From Candidatus Latescibacterota bacterium (GTDB lineage Bacteria > Latescibacterota > UBA2968 > UBA8231), in the NCBI GenBank assembly GCA_965204725.1, contig OZ242005.1, forward strand, positions 3,552,001-3,616,000: a stretch of DNA of 64,000 nt, written 5' to 3'. Each line of letters begins with the position of its first letter. Within the stretch, counting starts at the first letter, position 1. The translations under genes and the position numbers were made by a program. The notes under the pieces are model-generated. The model worked only from the letters and a program-made list of their open reading frames with translations. It ran no database searches and was not told the origin of the DNA. Positions 18,946 to 28,785 of the stretch are shown here, piece after piece.

Positions 18946-20580
18946 TCAGACTAACTCGCCGTCAAAAGTGTCGAGCACCGAGCGCAAGGCGGGGTCGGCC
19001 TCGGGCGGGGGCGCCGCCTGTGGGGCCGGCTGATCTCCTTTTTTTACTACGGCCTCCAAGCGCAGCCGCTGCCCGTACTGGGCCTCGGCTATCCCCTCTA
19101 GGCTTTCTCGATTTTTGAGCACTTGATTCATGGCAAAGCGGTCGGCGGCACCAAAGCTCAGCTTGAGCACGTGGCCCTCTAGCCCGTCTAAAGCCGCCCC
19201 ATTGAGAAAATGGGCCAGCGACGGCTTGGCGGCGCGCACGGCATTGACTAACTCGGCCCAAGTGGTGCGCACCTGATCAAAGCTCAGACCGCCAGCCGCA
19301 TTGCTCGACTCAGCAGGGGCGGCAATTTGCTGCTGGGCCGGGGGCGGAGGCGCAGCCGGTTCATTGCGCTTACTTGGACTTGGCGGCGGGGGCGCAGCCG
19401 GTTCGCGGCGACGGCTCGGGGGCGAGGGCGCAGCCGGGCGCGGCGCGGCACTTTCGAGCGACTGCAAGCGGCGCAGCAGCTCGCCCACATCGACAGACCG
19501 CCCCATCAGCGCCAGATGCACCAAGGCGATTTCCACGCGGAAGCGCGGCTGTACCGAGCGCTTTATATCCGCTTCTAAATCGAGGAGCGACTGCATCATG
19601 CGAAGTAGGTCGGCGACCGCCATGGCATCCGCGAGCTCGCCGCAGCGGCGGCGGGCGTCTTCGGCTAGGTCCAGCTCATCGGCCCGGCCCTGTATCTTAG
19701 CGAAGAGCAGGTGGCGCAAAAGCTCGACTAGGCCATAGACGAACTCCTCAATATCGGCCCCTTCGTCAACGGCTTGGGCGACGAGCTCCAGCACCCGGTC
19801 GGGCGCAGCGTCGCGCAGGGCGTCGAGCAATTCAAAATAGAGGCCGTGGTCGACGAGCCCCAGTACCTGAACCACGGCTTGCTGCGACACCTCCGGCTCA
19901 AAGGAGACCACTTGATCGAGTAGGCTCTCGGCGTCGCGCAAGGCACCGTCCGCACGGCTAGCCAGCAGGTGGAGTGCGCCCTCTTCGACCGCGATGCCTT
20001 CGGCTTGGGCAATGGTGGCGAGATGAGCGGCGATCTGCCCGGTTGAGATGCGGCGAAAATTGAAACGCTGACAGCGCGAGAGAATGGTTTCGGGGACCGC
20101 TTGCACCTCGGTGGTGGCGAAGATGAAAACCACGTGCTCCGGCGGCTCCTCCAGCGTCTTCAACAGCCCATTGAATGCCGCGGTCGAGAGCATGTGAACT
20201 TCGTCGATGATGTAGATCTTATAGACGCCTTCGGTCGCGGCGTAGCGCACCACCTCGCGCAACTCGCGGATGTCATCGATGCCATTGTTGGAGGCCCCGT
20301 CGATTTCCAGCACGTTCATGCTGATGGAGGCCGCGATGCTCTGGCAGGAATCGCACTCCTCGCAGGGATTGCCGTCGCGGGCCGCGACGCAGTTGAGGAC
20401 CTTGGCGAGAATCCGGGCGGTCGTGGTCTTGCCCACGCCGCGCGGGCCGCAAAACAGGTAGCACTGGGCGACGCGCCCGGAATGGACGGCGTTCTTTAAG
20501 GTGGCCGTGATATGCTCCTGCCCGACGACTTCGTCGAATTGGCGAGGACGCCACTTGCGCGCTGTTACCTGATAGGCCAT
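18946..20580 (-). CDS. dnaX: DNA polymerase III subunit gamma/tau
   Basis: ARKWRP, GPRGVGKTT, EIDGASN, IIDEVHMLS, LLKTLEEPP, TILSRCQ. Confidence 0.98.
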   Translation of the reverse strand: MAYQVTARKWRPRQFDEVVGQEHITATLKNAVHSGRVAQCYLFCGPRGVGKTTTARILAKVLNCVAARDGNPCEECDSCQSIAASISMNVLEIDGASNNGIDDIRELREVVRYAATEGVYKIYIIDEVHMLSTAAFNGLLKTLEEPPEHVVFIFATTEVQAVPETILSRCQRFNFRRISTGQIAAHLATIAQAEGIAVEEGALHLLASRADGALRDAESLLDQVVSFEPEVSQQAVVQVLGLVDHGLYFELLDALRDAAPDRVLELVAQAVDEGADIEEFVYGLVELLRHLLFAKIQGRADELDLAEDARRRCGELADAMAVADLLRMMQSLLDLEADIKRSVQPRFRVEIALVHLALMGRSVDVGELLRRLQSLESAAPRPAAPSPPSRRREPAAPPPPSPSKRNEPAAPPPPAQQQIAAPAESSNAAGGLSFDQVRTTWAELVNAVRAAKPSLAHFLNGAALDGLEGHVLKLSFGAADRFAMNQVLKNRESLEGIAEAQYGQRLRLEAVVKKGDQPAPQAAPPPEADPALRSVLDTFDGELV

Positions 20581-20622
20581 TTGCGTTGCTCGACAGAGCT
20601 AAGTTGAAGGGAAAAACTAAAA

Positions 20623-20893
20623 GGCCGTGCACCCATCTTCGACCCCGCCCTCAGGCCTATCCAGTGCCAGTTGGCTCCAACCGGACGACTCTGCGGCACA
20701 CCAAGAGACATTCCTACCGCTGCTACCTTCCGGTCCTGACGGGGTTCAGAAGTTCTTGATTGCGCAGAATCCGGCCTTCAACACCACTTTGCTCTGGTCG
20801 AACAAGAGGAACGAAAACCTCTGGATGGGAATTCAATCCCGCTATAGCGGATTGCGGGTACAGGGCACCGCTATCTCCCCATCTAGCACGACC
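20623..20893 (-). ncRNA. ffs: Signal recognition particle RNA, large (Alu-domain) bacterial type
   Basis: 5' GGTCGTGCTAGATGGGGAGATAGCGGTGCCCTGTACCCGCAATCCGCTATAGCGGG resembles Bacillus scRNA; domain IV CCGTCAGGACCGGAAGGTAGCAGCGG; ends pair; lies upstream of dnaX. Confidence 0.93.
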
Positions 20894-20931
20894 TAAAATT
20901 CTGCATTTAACCAACGGGCACCCGGAAAATA

Positions 20932-21007
20932 TGGTGGAGCAGATGGGGATCGAACCCACGACCTCCAGATTGCGAACCTGGCGCTCTCCCAGCTGAGCTA
21001 CTGCCCC
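20932..21007 (-). tRNA. tRNA-Ala(CGC)
   Basis: GGGGCAGTAGCTCAGCTGGGAGAGCG CCAGG TTCGCAA TCTGG...GTTCGATCC...CTCCACCA, 76 nt. Confidence 0.97.
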
Positions 21008-21021
21008 ATCCGGATCAATTA

Positions 21022-21112
21022 TGGCGGAGAGAGTGGGATTCGAACCCACGGTAGGGGGTTGCCCTACACACGATTTCCAGTCGTGCACCTTCGACCACTC
21101 GGCCATCTCTCC
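21022..21112 (-). tRNA. tRNA-Ser(GGA)
   Basis: GGAGAGATGGCCGAGTGG...CACGA CTGGAAA TCGTG, long variable arm, CCA end. Confidence 0.97.
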
Positions 21113-21133
21113 ACAAAAGCATTTTGCCTTAGA

Positions 21134-21223
<90 letters not shown>

Positions 21224-21228
21224 CCAAT

Positions 21229-21714
21229 CTACTTGGCCGCTCGCAGGGCCGTAAAAAACCCCTTGAGCAGCTCGGCACATTCTCGCTTTAGCACTCCGCC
21301 GCGGACCTGACAGCGATGATTGAGCCGCGGATCCTCCGCGACATTGCGCAACGAGCCGCAAGCACCGGATTTGGGATCTGCGGCCCCGAAGACCAACCGC
21401 GGCACCCGGGCCAAAACCACAGCCCCAGCGCACATGGCACAAGGCTCCAAGGTGGCATAGAGCGTCGTCGCCAACAGCCGCCGCGTCCCCAGTGCGGCTG
21501 CGGCTTGGCGCAAAGCCAACATCTCTGCGTGTGCCGTGGGATCCTGCGACGCTTCAATGGCATTGCCGGCTCGGCCCAAAACCCGCCCGGCTCTAACGAC
21601 GACAGCACCGACAGGCACCTCGCCGCGATGGCCGGCTAGCTCGGCCTCGCGCAGGGCCTCGCGCATCCAATGACCGTCTTCGGCGAATGAGCTAAGTTCT
21701 TCCGTATAGTTCAT
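21229..21714 (-). CDS. tadA: tRNA adenosine(34) deaminase
   Basis: GEVPVGAVVV, DPTAHAEM, TLEPCAMCAGA, DPKSGACGS, LNHR. Confidence 0.95.
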   Translation of the reverse strand: MNYTEELSSFAEDGHWMREALREAELAGHRGEVPVGAVVVRAGRVLGRAGNAIEASQDPTAHAEMLALRQAAAALGTRRLLATTLYATLEPCAMCAGAVVLARVPRLVFGAADPKSGACGSLRNVAEDPRLNHRCQVRGGVLKRECAELLKGFFTALRAAK

Positions 21715-21793
21715 TATGAGGCCGTTTTAAGGGGCCTCCCAAGCGGTGAAAATATAACGGCTGCCCAAAACAAGAGCAAGGCTTAGTGGCGCT

Positions 21794-22225
21794 TCAAAAG
21801 CGCTTGCGATAATGGTCGCGGGGGAACGAAGAAGAGGCCCGACGCTGCCAGTAACTTTTCGCGTCGGGAGCGATTTTGCGGTCGAGCGGGTCGCGCCCCA
21901 AAAGGCGCATACCCAACCCGATTAGCGTAAAAAGCGTGTAGAAAACCAGCCCCAAGAGCAGGTGGATATTGACAAAGGCCACGATTTTCGCCAGCCACAT
22001 ATAGGGAAAGTAGATCGGCTTGAGCGCGACGGGCAGCACCAGTCCGGCCCCGAGCAGCACCAGCGAGGCCGCGTGGACAAGCTGGGCGAGGCCGCTAGCT
22101 TCTACGTACCACAGATAGCCGCCTAGCAAGGCCAGCAACGCCGCCAGCACGAGTCCGAATCGGCGCAAATCGCCGCGGTTGGGAACCGCAATCCCCCAAT
22201 AGCTCTTGGCCTCAGTCAAGCTCAA
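21794..22225 (-). CDS. SxtJ-family membrane protein
   Basis: LRRFG, 2-3 TM segments, P..LKP....WM, FY....IGL.MRLLGRDPL, SYW..R; overlaps the carbamoyltransferase stop. Confidence 0.8.
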   Translation of the reverse strand: MSLTEAKSYWGIAVPNRGDLRRFGLVLAALLALLGGYLWYVEASGLAQLVHAASLVLLGAGLVLPVALKPIYFPYMWLAKIVAFVNIHLLLGLVFYTLFTLIGLGMRLLGRDPLDRKIAPDAKSYWQRRASSSFPRDHYRKRF

Positions 22226-24035
22226 ACTCCTCTTGCCAATCCCGCTCTTCCTGCCACTGCGGCTGGTCTTGCTTGTCCAAGATATAAGAGCCTAGGACCA
22301 AAAAATCCATCTCGGTCCGCATGAAGCAGCGATAGGCGTCTTCTGGGCTTTGGACGATAGGTTCGCCGCGCACGTTGAAGGACGTGTTGACGACCACGGG
22401 ATATCCGGTCAGGCTCTGAAAGGCGCGAATCACGTCGTAGTAGCGCGGGTGATCTTGCCGGCGCAGTGTCTGCACCCGCGCCGAGTAATCGACGTGGGTG
22501 ACGGCCGGCATGTCCGAGCGCGGCACGTTTAGCTTGTCAATGCCGAACAGCCGCTGCTGGTCCTCGCTCATGGGAATCTGCCGTTCTGCTTTAATTGGGG
22601 CCACTTGCAGCATGTAGGGCGAGTCGGCATCTAGCTCAAAAAACTCGTGTACGCATTCGCGCAGGACCGTCGGGGCAAAGGGGCGGAAACTCTCGCGGAA
22701 CTTGATCTTGCGGTTCATCACCGACTGCATCTGGGGGGAGCGCGGGTCGCCTAAAATCGACCGGGCGCCGAGCGCCCGCGGCCCAAATTCCATCCGCCCC
22801 TGAAAAAAGCCGACGACCTTGCCCGCGGCCAAGAGCTCGGCCACGCGCACCGGCAACTCGTCCTCGGCGAGCTTGTGCGCCACCCCCGCCTGCTTCTCAA
22901 GGTATTGGTAGATTTCTTCGTCCCCGTACTCCGGCCCCAACAGCGACGCCCGCATCGCGTCGTTTTCGCCATCTGCCATGCGCTCGTGGCCCAAGTGGTT
23001 GTACCACAGCACCAGCGCGACGCCCAAGGCCCCGCCGGCATCGCCCGCGGCCGGCTGGATCCAGATGTTTTCAAAGGGGGCCTCGCGCAAAATGCGGCCG
23101 TTGCCGACGCAGTTGAGGGCCACGCCACCGGCCAGACACAAGTTTTTGAGCTTGGTTTCTCTGTACACCGTGCGGGCAATGCGCAACATGACTTCCTCGG
23201 TGACGACCTGACAGGAGCGCGCAATATCCATCTCGCGCTGAGTCAGCGGCGTCTCGGGCGACCGCGGCGCTCCCCCAAACAGCTCGTCCATTGCCCGACT
23301 GGTCATCGTCAGGCCGGATAGGAAGTTGAAATAACGAGTATTGAGCTTGAAAGAGCCGTCGTCCTTCAGGTCAATGATCTCGTCGAGCATGAGATCGACG
23401 TATTTAGGCTCGCCATAAGGGGCCAACCCCATCAGCTTGTACTCGCCGGAGTTGACCTTAAAGCCGGCAAAATAGGTAAAAGCCGAATAGAACAAACCGA
23501 GCGAGTGGGGAAACTTGATGTCGGCTAGCGTGTGAATTTCGGCACCTCGGCCGTAGCCGTAGCTGGTCGTGGTCCACTCGCCCACCCCGTCCAGAGTAGC
23601 AATGGCCGCTTCTTGGTACGGAGACGGATAGAAAGCCGACGCGGCGTGCGACTCGTGATGGTCGCCGAACAGCACGGGGACATCGCAACCTAGCTGCTCT
23701 TGAATCAACTGCGGGATCCACAGTTTTTCTTCGAGCCATACCCGCATGCTCTTCCAGTAGAGGCGAAGGCCCAACGGCGCCGTGCCGAGATGGGTCTCTA
23801 GCAGGCGTTCAAAGGTCAGCAAGGGTTTGTCGTAAAACCCCACGCAGTGCAGGTCTTTGGCCTCAATACCGCCCTCTCGCAGGCAGTACTCGACGGCGCG
23901 GGAGGGAAAGTTTGGATCGTGCTTAATGCGCGAGAATCGCTCCTCCTGCGCCGCGGCGACAATCGCTCCGTCGCGCACCAAACAGGCCGCACTATCGTGA
24001 TAAAACGCGGAAATGCCGAGGATGTGAGTGGCCAT
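22212..24035 (-). CDS. Carbamoyltransferase (NodU/CmcH/SxtI family)
   Basis: ILGISAFYHDSAA, QEERFSRIKHD, HHESHAASAF, GEYKLMGLAPYG, AGGVALNC, GRMEFGPRALG, NTSFNVRGEP. Confidence 0.95.
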   Translation of the reverse strand: MATHILGISAFYHDSAACLVRDGAIVAAAQEERFSRIKHDPNFPSRAVEYCLREGGIEAKDLHCVGFYDKPLLTFERLLETHLGTAPLGLRLYWKSMRVWLEEKLWIPQLIQEQLGCDVPVLFGDHHESHAASAFYPSPYQEAAIATLDGVGEWTTTSYGYGRGAEIHTLADIKFPHSLGLFYSAFTYFAGFKVNSGEYKLMGLAPYGEPKYVDLMLDEIIDLKDDGSFKLNTRYFNFLSGLTMTSRAMDELFGGAPRSPETPLTQREMDIARSCQVVTEEVMLRIARTVYRETKLKNLCLAGGVALNCVGNGRILREAPFENIWIQPAAGDAGGALGVALVLWYNHLGHERMADGENDAMRASLLGPEYGDEEIYQYLEKQAGVAHKLAEDELPVRVAELLAAGKVVGFFQGRMEFGPRALGARSILGDPRSPQMQSVMNRKIKFRESFRPFAPTVLRECVHEFFELDADSPYMLQVAPIKAERQIPMSEDQQRLFGIDKLNVPRSDMPAVTHVDYSARVQTLRRQDHPRYYDVIRAFQSLTGYPVVVNTSFNVRGEPIVQSPEDAYRCFMRTEMDFLVLGSYILDKQDQPQWQEERDWQEEFELD

Positions 24036-24042
24036 AAGGAGC

Positions 24043-24113
24043 TTGACAAACTGGGGTATTGCAGCGATACTAAAAAGGTTTCATAAGCTACGGATTCTAT
24101 TGAAAAATATCAA
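24043..24113. promoter_or_regulatory. Face-to-face sigma70-like promoters (lysA: TTGACA-N17-GATACT on +; carbamoyltransferase: TTGATA-N17-TAGCTT on -)
   Basis: Both elements have exact 17-bp spacers within the 92-bp AT-rich intergenic region. Confidence 0.55.
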
Positions 24114-24127
24114 GTTAGGTTCATTTA

Positions 24128-25399
24128 ATGGAACGGCTTTCACTCCTGTCTGAAGACCAAATTCGCGCCGTCCAACGCCAGTTTGGGACGCCCTCCTTTG
24201 TCTATGACCAAAAGACCTTGGAATCCCAAGCCCAAAAGGCCCTGACCTTTCCCAACGCCTACGGTCTGACCGTGCGCTATGCGGTGAAAGCCTGCCCCGC
24301 AGCCGGCGTGATCCGCATTCTCAACCGCGCCGGCCTGCACATCGACGCGAGCAGTGGGTACGAAGCACGGCGGGCCATGCGCGCGGGCGTCCCCGCGGCC
24401 CAGATTCAGATTACGGCCCAGCAACTACCCGACAATTTAGCAGACCTCGTGGGCCAAGGCGTCCTCTTCAATGCCTGTTCCCTGCATCAGCTCGCAGCCT
24501 ATGGCCGGCTCTTTCCGGGCCGCGAGGTCTCCGTGCGCGTCAACCCAGGCTTGGGCTCGGGACATAGCAATCGCACCAATACGGGCGGCCCTTCGGCCAG
24601 CTTCGGCATCTGGCACGAACACCTCGGGCAAGTGCGGGCCACGGCCGCGGCCCACAACTTGCACATCACCGGCTTGCACAGCCATATCGGCTCGGGCAAC
24701 GACCCGGCAGTCTGGCAGCACTGCGCTCGGCTAACGCTCGGCGTGGCCGCCCAGTTGCCCGAGGTCCGGCGCGTGAATATGGGCGGCGGCTTTAAGGTCG
24801 GGCGCATGGCCGCCGAAGCATCGACCGACTTGCGCACAGCCGGCCAACCGGTCGCCAGCGAATTCAATCGCTTCGCTCGCGAGCACGGCCGCAAACTGCA
24901 TCTCGAAATCGAACCGGGGACCTTCTTGGTGGGCAATGCCGGGGCCATCGTCTGTAGCGTCGTTGACGTCGTTGACACCGGCCAAGAGGGGTATTCCTTC
25001 ATCAAGGTCGATAGCGGCATGACCGAAGCACTGCGCCCCAGCCTGTACGGGGCGCAACATCCCATCGTCGTAGTTCCGGCCACGCCAGAGGAGCGCGGCC
25101 AAGGCGAGTACCTAATCGCCGGGCATTGCTGTGAAAGTGGGGACATCCTCACGCCGGCCCCGGGCAACTCCGAAGAGCTAGCCCCGCGCGTCCTCGCCGA
25201 GCCGCGCATTGGCGACGCGGTTTTTATCGGCGGCAGCGGGGCCTACTGCGCGGGCATGGCCGCCAAAAACTACAATTCCTTCCCGGAAGCGTGCGAAGTA
25301 CTGGTCGGCACCGACGGCGAACTCCACCTGCTGCGCCAGCGACAGACCCTCGACCAAATCGTCGCCAACGAGTCCCTACCCGCTTTCCTCAGCACCTGA
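24128..25399 (+). CDS. lysA: Diaminopimelate decarboxylase
   Basis: FGTPSFVYD, YAVKA (PLP Lys), HSHIGS, NMGGGF, IEPG, RPSLYG, GHCCESGD, GAYC...NYN. Confidence 0.9.
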   Translation: MERLSLLSEDQIRAVQRQFGTPSFVYDQKTLESQAQKALTFPNAYGLTVRYAVKACPAAGVIRILNRAGLHIDASSGYEARRAMRAGVPAAQIQITAQQLPDNLADLVGQGVLFNACSLHQLAAYGRLFPGREVSVRVNPGLGSGHSNRTNTGGPSASFGIWHEHLGQVRATAAAHNLHITGLHSHIGSGNDPAVWQHCARLTLGVAAQLPEVRRVNMGGGFKVGRMAAEASTDLRTAGQPVASEFNRFAREHGRKLHLEIEPGTFLVGNAGAIVCSVVDVVDTGQEGYSFIKVDSGMTEALRPSLYGAQHPIVVVPATPEERGQGEYLIAGHCCESGDILTPAPGNSEELAPRVLAEPRIGDAVFIGGSGAYCAGMAAKNYNSFPEACEVLVGTDGELHLLRQRQTLDQIVANESLPAFLST

Positions 25400-26419
25400 G
25401 CCGCGCAGCTTCGGGTCCAGCGCGTCGCGCAACCCATCGCCGAGCAGGTTGTACAGGGTCACGGTCGCAAAAATGGCTACGCCCGGCACGACCACCAGCC
25501 ACCAAGCGGCCGCATTGCTGCGCGCCCCGGCCAGCAGGGCACCCCAAGTGATCGCTTCGGCCGGCATCCCCACGCCCAAAAAGCTCAGGCCCGACTCGGC
25601 GAGGATGGCACCGGCCACCCCAAAGGCCGCCGGGATCAAAATTGGGCCGATGGCGTTGGGTAGGATGTGGCGGAACATAATCCGCCCGTTTGAGTACCCG
25701 AGGCTGCGGGCCGCGGCCACGTAGTCGTAGCTACGCACCTGCAAAAACTGCGAGCGGGTCAAGCGGGCAATACCGACCCAACTCGTAAGGCCGATGATGA
25801 TCATGACGAAAAACAGGCTCGGCGGGAAAAACGCCGCGACCGTCAGGATTAGGAAGAAGCTGGGGATCGCGGCCCACAGCTCGAAAAGGCGCGAGAGTGC
25901 CAAGTCGATCCAGCCGCCAAAGTAGCCGGCCAACGCGCCCAAGGCCAAGCCAATGGCCAGCGATATGCCCACGGCCACTAGGCCGATGGTCAAGGCGTAG
26001 CGCGTACCGTGAATCAGCCCCGAGAGGACATCGCGTCCCAAGCGGTCTGTGCCCAACCAGTGCTCGGCCCCGGGGGGCTGGTACTTCTCCGGCAGGCGCA
26101 CTTCGCCCGGGGCATAAGGGACCAGCGGGAAGATGGCCTCCTCTAGATCGAGCTTTTTGAAATTGCGCCGACGCTTCAATTCGGCTGGCCAGTCCATCAG
26201 CCCTAGATAGACTGCGTACTGGCGAAAGGCCGGAAAGTACAGCTCGCCCTTGTATTTCATGTAGTACGGCTTGTCGCCAGCGAGTAAATCGGCACTCAAG
26301 GCGACGAGCCCCAGCAAGACCACGCCCAAGAGGCTGAGCAGAGCGGGTCTGTTGTTCTTGAACTGCCTCCAGACGACCTGCCAGTAGGACTGCCCTTGTG
26401 CAACCCCCTCCCCACTCAT
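25376..26419 (-). CDS. Peptide/nickel ABC permease (DppC/OppC/YejE type)
   Basis: HWLGTDRLGRD, GYFGG, YVAAARSLG...HILPN, ESGLSFLGVG, NLLGDGLRDALDP. Confidence 0.95.
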   Translation of the reverse strand: MSGEGVAQGQSYWQVVWRQFKNNRPALLSLLGVVLLGLVALSADLLAGDKPYYMKYKGELYFPAFRQYAVYLGLMDWPAELKRRRNFKKLDLEEAIFPLVPYAPGEVRLPEKYQPPGAEHWLGTDRLGRDVLSGLIHGTRYALTIGLVAVGISLAIGLALGALAGYFGGWIDLALSRLFELWAAIPSFFLILTVAAFFPPSLFFVMIIIGLTSWVGIARLTRSQFLQVRSYDYVAAARSLGYSNGRIMFRHILPNAIGPILIPAAFGVAGAILAESGLSFLGVGMPAEAITWGALLAGARSNAAAWWLVVVPGVAIFATVTLYNLLGDGLRDALDPKLRGSGAEESG

Positions 26420-27715
26420 CTAGGCACTCGCAAAGTCGATGCGCGGGTCCACGGCCTTGAGCAGAATATCCGCCGCCAAGATACCGGCCAGCGACAGAGC
26501 CGAGCCAATGGTGAAGAGCGCCATCGCCATGGGATAGTCGCGCACGATGACCGACTGGAAGGCCAAAAAGCCCATGCCCGGAATGGTGAAGATCGTCTCG
26601 ATAAACACCGAGCCGGCGATCATCCCCGGCAAAAGCCCGGCCATCAGCGTAACAATGGGAATCAGGGAGTTGCGCAGCACGTGGCGCAGCACTACCACCC
26701 GGTAGCGCAGGCCCTTGGCTTGGGCGGTGCGCACGTAGTCCAGCCGCAAATTCTCCAGCATACTGGTGCGCATATAGCGCGAGATACCGGCGAAGCTGGC
26801 GTAGGTCGAGGCCAGTATCGGCAAGACCATGTGGTGGGCGTGGTCGGTCAACAGCCGCCAGAATCCCCAGTCCTCTCCAGCGTCTAGGGATTGAATCCCA
26901 GAGGCCGGAAACCAGTGCAAGAACTCCTTGTTGCAAAAAAACAAGATCAACAGCATGCCGACCCAAAACGAAGGCATCGACCAGAGCATGAAGGTCCCGG
27001 TGGTAACTAAGCGGTCCATAACGCTATTCTGCTCAACCGCGATCGCGATGCCCAGCGGCACGCCGATTAGATAGGCAAAGACTAGGCTGATGAGGTTGAT
27101 TTCGAGCGTGATGGGCAGCCGGTCGAGGATGTGGTCAATGACCGGTTCTTGGTCTTTGAAGGAGCGGCCCAAATTCAGCGTCACCAAACGCCAGCCACCC
27201 GTCTGCATCAGCTCCAAGCCCGACCCGGCATAAGCGTAGTTTTGGACGGGCGAGAAAAGGCGGCTTTGCCAGAAAGGCGATTCGACTAGCTCGTCGATGC
27301 GCTCGGGACGCCGGCCGCGAAAGTGTTCCAAAAAGCGCGCCTTGCGCTCGGCCCCCTCAAGCGAGGCGAGCTCGGCCCGCGCCGCGGCTGGCAGCTCGTC
27401 GAGCACGGCGTCGGCCAACAAGGCCCCGCGCTCGAATGCGCTTAGGTCCTCCACTCGTAGGACCAAGTTGGAAAGCCAGTGCAAATATTGGAGGTACAGC
27501 GGTTGGTCTAGCCCGAGTTGGCGGCGCAAATCCCGGCGCGTCTTTTCCATGTCCGCCTGATGGTCGGTGGAGAGGCCCTCGCCGCTAGCGGCCCCGCCCA
27601 AGAAGAGATCGACCGGATCGCCGGGCGCCAAGCGCATAATCAGGAAGGTCAGCAGGGTGATGCCGAGGAGCGTCGGGATGGCGAGCAGAATGCGCTGGAT
27701 GGTGTACTGCAACAT
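26420..27715 (-). CDS. Peptide/nickel ABC permease (DppB/OppB/YejB type) with a periplasmic insertion
   Basis: LAPGDP, GLDQPLYLQY, LGRSF, RLPITL, YVRTAQAKGL...HVLRNSL, IFTIPGMG, DPRI. Confidence 0.95.
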   Translation of the reverse strand: MLQYTIQRILLAIPTLLGITLLTFLIMRLAPGDPVDLFLGGAASGEGLSTDHQADMEKTRRDLRRQLGLDQPLYLQYLHWLSNLVLRVEDLSAFERGALLADAVLDELPAAARAELASLEGAERKARFLEHFRGRRPERIDELVESPFWQSRLFSPVQNYAYAGSGLELMQTGGWRLVTLNLGRSFKDQEPVIDHILDRLPITLEINLISLVFAYLIGVPLGIAIAVEQNSVMDRLVTTGTFMLWSMPSFWVGMLLILFFCNKEFLHWFPASGIQSLDAGEDWGFWRLLTDHAHHMVLPILASTYASFAGISRYMRTSMLENLRLDYVRTAQAKGLRYRVVVLRHVLRNSLIPIVTLMAGLLPGMIAGSVFIETIFTIPGMGFLAFQSVIVRDYPMAMALFTIGSALSLAGILAADILLKAVDPRIDFASA

Positions 27716-27743
27716 GGGGATGGCGAACTACAGCGTGGGCGAT

Positions 27744-28754
27744 TTATTCCTCTAGTTCTTCTAGTTCTGCGGCGCGATCAAACGCCGCCTCGCTCTCCTC
27801 GACCAAGTCCTTGTGGGCATAAACCGTCCCCAAGTGCATCCACACCAATGCGTTGTTGGGCATTTGTTCGGCGAGTTGCTCCAACAGGGGCAACGCCCCG
27901 TCCATGTCGTCGGTGGCCAAGTGGACCATGGCGAGATTGTAGAGCGCGTCCCCGTCGTCGGGTTTGAGCGCTAGGACCTGCTCGTAGGCCCGCTTGGCCG
28001 CCGTGTATTTTTCTTGCTGCCAGTAGAGGTTGCCCAAGTTAAAGTGGGGCCTGAAATCGTCCGGGGTCCGCTCAATGATCGTGCGATAATTGGCCTCAGC
28101 ACCCTCGTAGTCCTCGGCTTGGGCTTGGGCTTGGGCGAGATTGGTCAGGCCATTGAGGTTTTCGGGATCGATCTTGACCCCCTGCGACAAGGCGCGGATG
28201 GCGTCGTTGAGACGTTCCTTTTTTAGGTAGAGCGACCCTAGGTTAAAAAAGGCCCGGGCGTCTTCTGGGTCCGCCGACGCGATCTTCTGGTAGGTGGCAA
28301 TGGCCGCATCCGTGCTGTCGATCTGGTAATAGACATACGCGAGGTTGCGCCAAGCGTCGAGCGCGCCCTCGTCAATGAGGGTGGCGTTGTGAAACGAATG
28401 CCGCGCCAAGGCGTAATTCGGGGCCTCGCCTTGGGCATGGCCGACGCCGGCATTGTACTCGCGCACCCAGTAGAGGCGGCGAGTTTGCTCAATTTCCGTC
28501 TGAAACTTGGGGCTGATCGCAGCCGAACTATTCAAGTGAGCAACCATTTCGCCATAGCGGCCCTCGGCCCCTAAGAGCTTGCCCATGAGATAGTGGGCTT
28601 CGGCGTTGTCGGGTTCGTTCTGCAAGACCAAGACGAGTTGTTCTCGGGCCTTTTGCGGCTTCTCTTCCTTGATATAGAGCTTGGCGGCCGTCATGGTCGA
28701 ACTCTGACATCCCAATCCGGCGACGAGCACCGCCAGCCAACCTGCAAACTTCAT
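27744..28754 (-). CDS. TPR-repeat lipoprotein
   Basis: Lipobox (VAGLG-C), then about 8 TPR motifs (AEAHYLMG, AWRNLAYVY, AFFNLGSLY, ALYNLAMVH). Confidence 0.88.
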   Translation of the reverse strand: MKFAGWLAVLVAGLGCQSSTMTAAKLYIKEEKPQKAREQLVLVLQNEPDNAEAHYLMGKLLGAEGRYGEMVAHLNSSAAISPKFQTEIEQTRRLYWVREYNAGVGHAQGEAPNYALARHSFHNATLIDEGALDAWRNLAYVYYQIDSTDAAIATYQKIASADPEDARAFFNLGSLYLKKERLNDAIRALSQGVKIDPENLNGLTNLAQAQAQAEDYEGAEANYRTIIERTPDDFRPHFNLGNLYWQQEKYTAAKRAYEQVLALKPDDGDALYNLAMVHLATDDMDGALPLLEQLAEQMPNNALVWMHLGTVYAHKDLVEESEAAFDRAAELEELEE

Positions 28755-28785
28755 AAGAATCTCCTTTGGCGACCGCCTACCCTGT

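Noticed and set aside
19030-19050. dnaX programmed -1 frameshift at A AAA AAA
   Set aside because: It lies about 30 codons from the stop; a -1 shift would only swap the tail (stop at 18962) rather than yield a gamma-like subunit.
21794-24035. Saxitoxin biosynthesis cluster
   Set aside because: Only SxtI/SxtJ-like genes are present; these are widespread, and there is no sxtA, sxtG or other core gene.
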